Source: Phoronis australis (lineage: Eukaryota > Animalia > Phoronida). Taken from it: a DNA stretch of 64,000 nt. This document shows, piece after piece, positions 1 to 10,210 of this stretch. Location of the stretch: contig NMRA01000084.1 of assembly GCA_002633005.1 (NCBI GenBank), positions 296,320 through 360,319 of the forward strand. Direction: 5' to 3'. Every line of letters begins with the position of its first letter. Position 1 is the first letter of the stretch. The position numbers were made by a program, and so were the translations under genes. The notes below the pieces were generated by a model, which was given only the letters and a program-made list of their open reading frames with translations, did no database searches and was not told the origin of the DNA.

Positions 1-2170
1 TAATTTTGTACATCTTACATAACAGAATGATACTCTCCGACTTGTATCAGACGTCAATAAAAGAATACAAAGTTCTCATTGACTGACTCGTCCCTCCAAC
101 ATCGTATTTCGGTCATTTGTTATAAATATTAATTTGAATTATATCTGCCAAAAACATACATGTAGTATGATAAAATGGAATGTAGTGATATATAATATAT
201 CACTACTTTAGTGAATTTTGTCAGAAATCAACCATTTAGTTCTGACTGCCTATTGGCTGCGAATAGCGTTCGTCATTTTTGTCACACATATTTCTCATTT
301 GCGTTGCGATGAGTCAATATTATGATATGAAGGTCAAGGGTGATTACCATCAGCAAACTGAGATAGCCATGGAATATATCACAAAATATCTGTGATAAAT
401 GTTTTATTTTGTGGTCTTCTCTCCAAATATAACTCGACCCCCCCCCCCCTCCCCCCCTCCACTCCTTTGCTCAAGCGTTTGATTTCTTCCCTCTTTGGAA
501 AGATATTCCTTGTGAAGTCAAGCGTGTACAGATGAGTCAGTAACGACTGTGGTCAGTACCCCTGTGATAATGTTACCAGATATGCACCATGATCCTGAAA
601 CGCACGTACCAATATACGTGATTTATTCTACGTTTGTTGGCACAAACAGTGTCAAGGCGTAATTTCTCGATTCCATCATGTAAAATGCTTTTATAAGGAC
701 CATTCTCGGGGAAAAAAATCAACTATTCAGAAAGTATGGCCGTTAAAAAGTGGCGTTTTTACGAAAATGTGTATGATCATAACACGTTTTATATTTATTT
801 ATACATATATTCTTCGTCCGATCGCGTGATTGGTATTGAACAACGGAAAGCACAGCGGGTATTGCTGTTTGAGTTTACTGTTACTAAATTTGAAATACTG
901 AGTGCGTTTTAATTGAAATGTTTAACGGTAAACTAACGGTAAACTGAAGTCCCAATGTTTAATTTCAGAAACTGTAGTTTGGGAAGTTACAAGTGAAACT
1001 TTAAGATCTAAACGTTCAGTAAAAATACGTTCAGTTTAATACATAGTCGAAATAAGAAGAAAATACTCAACGTCCATTTCCCGCGGCGCATTCTGGCATT
1101 GACGACTAGGTTTGCCGGGTTATGATATCGCCGACTAAGTGTTTGCATACTGAACCCATGGATCGTGAATTTATCGTTAAGCGGTATCGAATACGAATTC
1201 AGCCATATTCCAAAATTATGCGGACTCATAGCTATAAACTAGGCCACTAGCAGGGGATACACCTCGAAACAACGACATATCTTCGCAAATGTGTTCCTCC
1301 GTTGAGTTTTATGAGTTTATACGATCAAACTCGGGCTGGAAAATGTTCTGGGCTGAATTCCTTATTTTGCCGGTACGTCCCTTCATTTTTTTCTGAGCGA
1401 TATCGGTTTGTCGTTTAACGAGTTTATTTGCTAAGACATTTGTTCCCCCGTGGCGCATCAATGTCGCGCTAGGCTTGCACCCTCTTCCACACGGAGTGGA
1501 CAAAACGCCGCAAGGTATCGGAAGAATAAAAGTGGTTCTGACATTGATTCACAAGAGTCTTGACCTAATTAAATGTATCTGTTGATCGAGTACATACTAG
1601 TTAACAAATTATAACTCACGACTCTTAATGAAAGCTGGCACTAGCATTGCTCAACGTGAACTATATAATCGGTTTACATGCCTTTGCAGCGCCCTCGTGT
1701 GACCAGGGTGGCTAAACCAGGGGATTATGCCTAATGTAACGTACTTTCTATCATGAACTTGCATAATTTTAAACAAAGTTCATGGATCCGCTAAATTTCT
1801 GGATGTAGTAAGCTACCCATACCAATATTTTGAAATTCGATACTATTTACGTTTAACGCTTGCAAACTTTTGTTTACAAACAGTTCGCCGTTACTGTTAA
1901 TTGTGCGAAATTTTAATCCTTCGACTTCAAGCGTGGCAAAATATTTGAGTATCTAGTAGTGCCGCAAAACAGCAATACATAATCACGTGACAACAAGGGG
2001 ACGTATGCTAATTTATAATTAGTTACGTTTGCAATCATTTTCATAAAAAATCCAAAACTGAATCCTTGACGTAACTGCTGACAGAACGAGAGTTTAGGTA
2101 AACCGTCAATTTCGTCAACTTAAGTTATCTCATTTAGGTATACTTTACACTTGTTGGCTAATTCATGTAG

Positions 2171-2572
2171 AAACTACACGGTCAACGGACTCATAAACAC
2201 GACTCACGGACCTGCAAACACCGTCCACTGACTCACAAACACGGGAACGGACTCACAAAACACATCCACGCACCCAAATACACGGACTCATATTCCCAAG
2301 GAAACACGGTTAACGGATCGCCAAACACGGTTTACGGACAAAATGGAGATGTTAGCTGACCCAGGAAGCCGATGAGCCCGTGACCCGTGTTTGGCGGTCC
2401 GTTAACCGTGTTTCCTCGTGAATATGAGTCCGTGTCCCGTGTATTTGGGTGCCTGGATCGTGTTTTGTGAGACCGTTCCCGTGTTTGTGAGTCAGTGGAC
2501 GGTGTTTGCAGGTCCGTGAGTCGTGTTCATACGTCCGTGCAAGTGTTTATGAGTCCGTTGACCGTGTAGTTT
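2171..2572. mobile_element. Foldback element / MITE with about 160-190 bp inverted arms
   Basis: AAACTACACGGTCAACGGACTCATAAACAC... at 2171 is mirrored by ...GTGTTTATGAGTCCGTTGACCGTGTAGTTT ending at 2572. The arms are built of ACGGACTCA/AAACACGG modules. Confidence 0.85.
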
Positions 2573-2884
2573 AGGTACTTGTACCCACGTAACCTCACTT
2601 ACATATGCACGTGAACGTTACCTACTTGTACGTACATAGCTCGCATTATGCATCCTCGATTTTAACACTTCATTGATGTTTGTTATGTATTTCGTGGATA
2701 TTGCTCCAAAAGATATGCTGAACAAAAACATTTGAACCAAACTATACAAACCGAGGGATGAATTAAAAAATCACGACTATACAATTCTAATAAGTGGTTA
2801 AGACCTTGCAATTAATTAAAGAAGTGAAAACACTCCTATGTCATTATAATAGTTAGTTACAACGACTGGATACACAAGTTAAAA

Positions 2885-3125
2885 TAAAAAAATAAAAAAC
2901 GCCAACGATTGGGTGCATATGTTCAAATAAAAATCGTTACACAGTTACGCAATGACACAGCTTCATGTCTAAAATACCAAATTTTAAAAACAAAAAAAAT
3001 CGATTTGGGTTATTATAGGTATTCAAATAAAAACTCAAACCAATACAATATACCAGTATAATCAATGCTTAACTGTTTAATAAAAAAACACAATACTACG
3101 GTTCCACGTATTAAATACAAATCAC
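2885..3125. repeat. Degenerate about 95-100 bp tandem repeat (about 3 units)
   Basis: Recurring A-run..cgatt(t)gggt..ttcaaataaaaa(c)tc motif at about 2890, 2990 and 3082. Confidence 0.3.
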
Positions 3126-3774
3126 AACACTCTCAGTCAAGCTACGAAAAAACGGAAAACTAATTAACCTAGTTAAGGATAAGATTTGATTTCCGTCACC
3201 AAAAAAATGAAACTCTCAGGGACGCAAGAAAATACTTCGGAGATTATTGAGCTTGGCCAACCCTAACGAAAAGGGCGTATGGCTGGAGTTGCCGGCTCGA
3301 AACCGGATTATAGTGGTAATGTTTTGATAACCCAAAGCGTTTCAATTAAGAATTCAACGTTTTCAGCTAAAAACCGGCGAAATGCCTCTTTAAGTAAATC
3401 CATTCTATGACACAGCAGTAGATAATTTGCAGCTTCAATGAAATTACAAGACTGCTGAAAAGTGTTAGACACTATGCCCACAACAAAATTACCATAGCGC
3501 ATGCTGACAAGGCATGGCTCTGTATTTTATATTGTGAACATGCCGAGTGAATAAATGCACTGAAACAGAATGTCAGGATCAGGGGTGGTAATAAAAACTC
3601 TATCACAGCTGGCAGAATATTAATAATACTTGCCAAGGAACCTAACTATTTCAATGGAACAAGAACCAATCAGCACGCCCCATTAACGCCACAACAATAT
3701 TTACCACGCACAAGAAACAATATGGCTCTTGGAAAGTGTGTCTGTATTTAAGATTGTGTGTATAGTTGACGCAG

Positions 3775-4452
3775 TGCCAATTTATGTCTGGCATATTTCC
3801 GAATTATGTCTGATGTAAATCCAAATTATATCTAACATAAATTATGTCAGGCCTAAGTCAAATCTATGTCAGATATAAAAAAGAATAAGGTCCGATATAA
3901 AATAATTGATGTCTCGAATAATATCCTACATAATTCACTAATGCCAGCCATAACCATATTTATAACAGATCCAAATAAAATTAATGTCCACCATTATTCT
4001 ATTCATATCTAGCTTAAATGGTATTGATGTTTGACATAAGTCAGCCAATGAGAATCGTCGATAATTACTCCCGGTTTACTATGGATACATGGCACATCAT
4101 ATCCTTTCAAATGAATCAGTAGATTCATCGACGATTGTCGTTGGCTGTCTTATGTCATACATAGATACGATTTATGCTACATATGAATAGACTAATGATG
4201 GATATTAATTTTATTTATGTCTGATAGAAACAGAGTTGTGGTTGACATCAATGAATTCATATTTTCGAGAATTATGTCAGACATAACTTAAGTGTGTCAG
4301 ATATAATGATCATTTATATCTGACATAATTCCGATTTTTGTCTGACATGAATCTCATTTATACCAGGCATAATTCCGATTTATATCGGACATAAATCAGC
4401 TTAATGTTTGACATGAATCAAAATTATGTCACAAATAAATCAGATTATCTGC
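3775..4452. mobile_element. Old foldback element with about 22-bp subterminal repeats
   Basis: 3973-4062 is an imperfect inverted copy of 4127-4216. The outer arms are arrays of AATTATGTC(T/A)GACATAA-like units. Confidence 0.8.
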
Positions 4453-4871
4453 TGTCAGTTTTAAACCGGAATTACGTCGAACTGTGCCAACCATACCCGT
4501 GGTAAGAGTTGTTGCGGTGCGTGATATGTGGTTTGTGATGTGAGATAACGAGACCGCTTCCTCTGGAAAGGGTTCCGCTGCGCAGCAAGAGTTCTGCTGC
4601 TCGCGATAAGGTTTCCATTACCATTGGACTCTACTGTTAAATCCATTGGTCACCATGACGAATCGTGTATCCACGTCGGTCGAAATATATTGCTGAAATC
4701 CTATTGAGAGAACAAGTATCAAAATACATTTTGTAGGTTCCTCGGTAATTTTAAATCTTTTAGTGGACAAAATTACAAGGGCTCTGAGAGCAGAGATGTT
4801 TCGCGTGGTTCACAAAACCTGTTCTTACAGAAGACATCAAAGATTCGAAAATTTACAAATACATTTCCTTT

Positions 4872-5785
4872 CTAAATCGAAGCAGGGAAAGGCGAACAGT
4901 TGTATGATGTATCGTTATAGTAGCTGCACGAAAACGAGTTTGGGTCGGACCAACAATAACCAAGATTGTTCTCTTGAGGACCAAAGTTTACGTGGTCTGA
5001 GTTGTAGAAAGATTGATCATAACCTGACGTGGTTTGGGCGTACGTCTGCGATGGAATGATGATGTTCTTTGGAGCTGTTGACGACATATGTTGCGTCGAT
5101 GTGCACGTTGGCTCTGTTGTCATTGTAATCGGTGCATAGTTAAACGGGGGCGCTGGTGTCTGAAGTCGTCTGCATCTGTATTCTAAAGTGTCAGTGCCGT
5201 GCTCCAGAGATACACTGTTGCTTTTCAGAAAAGTGTCACAAAATGATGCGGTGAACGTAGTGTTGGAGCCTGAATGTTTAACAGCGTTGGCTTCACCGAG
5301 ATTCGATGAAAAGTTATTCAACTCGAAAAACAGTGGCTCGTCGTCTGTATCAACGGTTTGCGGATCCGTGTCCTTGATAGCTGGAATAGCAAGTCCGATT
5401 GGAGAATGCACTGCTGCAGAAATTGTACAGTTCTGCAGCATGTCATGATGGGGGTGATGATTGAGCGTATTAATAGCACTTTGCTTTTGTTCCACCTTTG
5501 GGCTTTGAGAAAGCGCGTATTTCAGACATTCCGACGCATCCTCAGATTCTTTACGATTCCCATGTCCGGCTTGTTTCTGACGCTTGAATTTCATTCGACG
5601 ATTCTGGAACCATACCTTGACCTGCCTTTCGCTGAGATCAAGCGACGCCGCTATCTCAATTCGTCGAGGCCTGCATAAGTATTTGTTGAAATGGAATTCT
5701 TTTTCCAATTCTAACAGTTGAGTGTTTGTGTAAGCAGTCCTGAGCCTGCGCTGAGATATCGCTGACTTATCGCCCTCAAATTTGC
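4872..5785 (-). CDS. Hox2: Hox2/proboscipedia, terminal homeobox exon
   Basis: Extending ORF 4872..5708 upstream gives (G)[69 protein letters not shown], a paralog-group-2 homeodomain. Acceptor ttttcAG lies at 5787-5786 (phase 1) and the stop at 4872-4874. Confidence 0.95.
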
Positions 5786-6869
5786 CTGAAAAGTCACGTT
5801 CAACTAAATTAGCTTGGCGCCGAGTATAGTCCTACAGAGCTGTTCTGTTAGCTTTAATTATCATTGGATATTTCTACACACGACTAAATACATCAAGAGA
5901 AAGTAACAAACAAACATGTTCACTTTTATCTTCCGATGCATGTGATGGCCAACCACCACATATGTGTGAAGTATTACCTAAGGTGATTAAAGTTTGAGGC
6001 TTATTGCAAAATTCCAAAATGACGATGATCAAACCGAAGAAAAAGTTTTCAACAATTGCTATTGAATGTACATCACACACGTCACTAACTAATATCTTTC
6101 AAACTGACGAAACTTTCTGGAAATAAGTCATCATTCATCTCATTGAGAGTGGCGTACCTAAAGCGCGTATGCTGTAGCTAACACATAAGGTAATGAATGA
6201 ATAAACATAAAAACGGATCTCTGTTGTCTTTCTAGTCATTCTCTGTTGAGAACCCTACCGCGCCAGTCGTCAGCATCTGTCATTTTATAGACCAGACAAA
6301 GGAATTAAAATGCGAGCAATGGCAATTGTGATTTTATGTATCTCGTGATTTTCAATTTTTACGCTACGGCTTAATAAAACAACTCGGAAACATCTTCGAA
6401 TGAAAGCGTAGGTGTCAGCACATGAAACAAGCACGTGCTTGCGTGCTACAGTCGTAAGCTAAGAGCAGTTAAAAGCACGAATATTATCCCTTGAGGCCAA
6501 TGAAAATCTTCTATCTGGGTTGAGGCAAGCTTGAGAGGGTTTAACAAGCCAGAGCTTAATCTTTTAAGCGATTATGCTTACATCAGAGCTTTGATCATAA
6601 TTTCAGAATCGTCAATACTCGCCATTGAAATACACACGTGTTCCAAAATTGTTTAAAACACAACGACGTACATGTATCTCCCAGATCTCGTTTGGGAAAC
6701 ACTTTTGTTGTTACACTCATTGTTTGGCCTGTTAATTGCTAATTAGTATTGAAATGATCACCAACGTAATGCATGTTGTAATTTTTACTTGCATTTTTAT
6801 TTTCAAAATGATACGACCACTTTCCGTTAAAGGTCACTTTGCCTTGGCAATTAAATTTTGAGCTTTTGT

Positions 6870-6920
6870 TAGTAGCAGCAGTCGTAGTAGTAGTAGTAGT
6901 AGTGGCAGTGGTAGGAGTAA
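6870..6920. repeat. (AGT/AGC)n microsatellite
   Basis: agtagcagcagtcgtagtagtagtagtagtagtggcagtggtaggagt. Confidence 0.8.
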
Positions 6921-7389
6921 TGGTTGCAAAATTTACCTGTTCAGGGTAAAAACCAGTTTAGCATTACAATTCTTGTTTTCACGCCATTGGAAAGAAGATG
7001 CCGAAAATCTAACTAACAAGATGGTATAAGAAAAAAACAAAATACACCATGTTAAAACAAGTTATTCATAAAACTTGCACCGGCTCAGAGTGAAAAGCTA
7101 AAGAATTTGAAATTAACCACGCACTTATGTTTTTACTACATACGTGTACCAATAGATTAATTTACTCTAAAGGACATCAGAACCGACATAGTTCCGTAGC
7201 ATGGCACCCGTAGAAAGAACGTTTGTCAAAATTAATCCACCGAAAGTGACTTACGGCTTCAGTCAGAAATTTGATCTTGCGCTCAACACAACTAGAACTG
7301 AAAAAATACTTAAATCCAACATGTACATAAGTCCAAAGTCTTTTAGAATACACATAGTTGCCAGTTACAGATATAATTTATGTAAATTA

Positions 7390-7900
7390 TGCTTAGATGG
7401 CGATGCGGTCATCGTCACTTGGCTAATCCTTGTGCAGTGGGGGCGGGGCGTAAGACAACATGTCTTGGTCTTCCATCACAGATCACTGGCTTTATGGAAA
7501 TAGAGACTGGTGTTAGCTGAAGACCTACACGTACATGTAGTATGTCTATTGTGAAGTACCAGATTTTTGTCACAAATCTACTCAGGTGCCATGCCATGCA
7601 ACCATTTGTAGATATCTAAACACATACAACATTCGGTATGGACACCTAGTTTGAGGCCGCCCAACGTGGAATCACTTGCATAGAGTCAATATTGGTTTTT
7701 ATGTTCGCGTGGAGAATAGTTCGTGCCGCCGTATGCTGCGATATCTGTAACCTGGCTCTGAGACCATTATTGCAACAGGCACACACATCACAATATTCCA
7801 AACGTAGCAAAACTAAGGCTCTGTACAAGAGGTTCAGAGAATCTCCCATCTCTATAGAAGTCCAATGTCTGTGAAAACGTATGGAGCAAATATTTTATTG
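7390..7900 (-). mobile_element. Decayed LINE (L2/CR1-like) ORF2 C-terminal fragment
   Basis: LLYRALVLLRLEYCDV..NGLRARLQISQHTAARTIL....W followed by IYKWLHGMAPE*ICD resembles the post-RT LYxSLVxPxxDYCD..LQxxQNxAARxI..YKxLxGLAPxYL region. Confidence 0.7.
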
Positions 7901-9642
7901 GGAATTTGCTTTACAAGAGTGATCAAAATAGTGCGTTATGTAAACTTGTAACCAGCACAAGAAATAATGTTGGGGTTAACATGACTGGCGATTGAAATTA
8001 GACAATTCACAGCGGGCAATGCTCAGTAATTTAATTCTCGGCACCAGGGACACAAACACGGGGCCATATATACCCTAATTTCAGAGTTAGACAAAGAGTG
8101 AACCCCTTCGTAGAACTTCTTATGACTGACAAAATACCAAGACGTTCCCCCTATGCCATATCATACTCTAAGATAACCTCAAAGCGGGCTTCAGCTGTTC
8201 GATCAGTTTCGCGAGAAATATTGGTGTCAAACCTTGACAAATGCTTTCACAGGGAAAATTAAAATTGATGCCATAAGGAAAGATACGGAGTAAGGAAAAG
8301 TTACCAGTACCGTGCTGCTAAATACGCTATAAACTCGCATTAACTGACAGATCGTTGTGAAATTGGTCTCAGTTTGTTCTTTAGTCAGAATACATGTTAG
8401 TATGATTTCCGTGCTTGGAGAGAACAGACAGCTCGTTTGGTTGAGACTAAGTTTACTGCTCATGGCGTGTCGTTTTATTCGTCGAGCATTGGCACGAGAA
8501 ATGACGAACGATCAGCTCTTTGCGAGATCAAATCAATTCTCATGCGAGTAATGAACAAGTAGCGACAATTTTTATAGCGGTAAGTGATGTAAATCAAAAC
8601 AAAACTTCTTCGACGCGGGTTTCTTGCCGCTCAACCTATGTAGCTCAGCATGTTTCACTAACTAATCACAGGCCATTAAAATAGTGGCCAGTTGTGGTCG
8701 AAGGCTGTGTTTATTTCATGTTTTATTATTTCAGAATGTTACCTTGGTGACAAAGACTGTTTCTAACCAAGAAACTAGTTACAAATGTTACATACAGTGT
8801 GTTCATTATCTTCAAAATAAAAATCTGACAGGTTTACTGTGTATCGCTGTCGCGTGTATCGTGCCAGGAATACAATGCGTAAAACTGTGACATGTACATG
8901 TAATTTTCAAATGCATCCTCCGCAAACACTTCTAAAGATATTGCGAAAGTTGCGCTATCTGTGTAAGTGGCAATCATGACGGTAACAATGCAACTCGTGT
9001 TATTTATTATTGACGAGTCTTTCTAAGCTGTACCACAAGAGAAAAATATAATAGCAAAAATTTCCTTCAGATGGCAACTTTTAATTTTTGCCGAGTACCC
9101 CAAGGCGATTTGCTAGCCGTCTCAATTTTGTTACTGGCGAACATTGCTACACGTGTACCTCGGTTACGTCTGCTAAAAATATTAACCCGCATGCTAGATT
9201 CCATCATCACTTAGCGGGTCATAAACGGGGTGCTGTGATATTGGTAATATGTACATGTGCACCGAAACCGGTAACTCTCTCGTATACATGTACATGTTGT
9301 CCGCCATTAGGGTAAAATTGTCGTTTTAGAAATTCTATGGCGTGACTTGCCGCTTTCATTAGTGCAATCGCCGCAGGTCTTTAGTGCACTATCGAACAAA
9401 GGTTCAATAATTTACAAATTCAAACCGAGATAAAAAGTTTTCGAGACATGCAAGTTCCCAAAACACGGATGTGTAGAAGCTTTATTTGAAAGTTTCGGAA
9501 TTATTTGATTTATTTCTGACAAACTAAAAACAAAAAAAACACAAAAAAACAAATGAGATTCGCCATTGGAACTACTAAATGTCCTTGTCCCAGTACAATA
9601 GCCACACTAGATGGTGTCCGGGTTGTGCGCGCGCAATCTCAC

Positions 9643-9751
9643 CATCTTCTTCTCTTTCCAAGTTTCCAAGTTTTGCAAACAGGTGATTTGTTTCTGAAAT
9701 ATCTTCCTGGTCTGACTTGTGTTTGGTGGACACTTCGCTTGAATCCATCAT
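9643..9751 (-). CDS. Hox2: Candidate first coding exon of Hox2 (MMDSSEVSTKHKSDQEDISETNHLFAKLGNLEREED-G)
   Basis: The exon is bounded by a pyrimidine-rich acceptor tcttcAG (9805-9804) and a donor G|GTGAG (9642). ATG at 9751 follows an in-frame stop. Its 109 coding nt end in phase 1, matching the homeobox exon (G+GC = Gly), giving about 340 aa. No homology support and no hexapeptide. Confidence 0.5.
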
Positions 9752-10032
9752 ATACCTTTATTGGCGCAAATATGTCACTGGACCTCATGCAGGCAACTTT
9801 GGTCTGAAGATTACGAAAAATAAAACTTCAACATTTGAATCAAAATGTTAAATTTTCAGTTGTTACACGGAGTCGTTTATAGTCAAAGACAGTCGTTGTG
9901 GCCGAGGAGGAGATTTCAATTAAGACGTCTACTGTAGCGGTCATTCATCATTATTAACGGTAGAACTAACGATACTCTTTCGGAATGTCGACACCTCGCA
10001 AATCAGTCAATGGCAATATATTTCATCCTTAC

Positions 10033-10210
10033 CTTTAGGTCAGTATAACTCGAGTGCCTTCAGCTGTTTCAAAGGATCTAAATCGCAGCACTTCTTGGTA
10101 GGTTTCTGGACTGAGGTAAGCAACGCTTTGTCAGCAGTGGGTCTCGCCCAATCACATGGGCCTATTTCCGCTGTGCAGAGAATGCCGATTTAATGAATTA
10201 ATCAAGACGC
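10033..10210 (-). promoter_or_regulatory. Candidate Hox2 promoter and non-coding first exon
   Basis: Strong donor AAG|GTAAGG at 10033/10032. CCAAT box fused to an E-box-like CACATG (GCCCAATCACATGG, about 10146-10159). Pbx/Hox-type TGATTAAT and TAAT cluster at about 10187-10204. Confidence 0.35.

Noticed and set aside
4763-5678. Plus-strand ORFs overlapping Hox2 (and 31233-31517 overlapping Hox3)
   Set aside because: They are antisense shadows of the real coding exons with no recognisable motifs.
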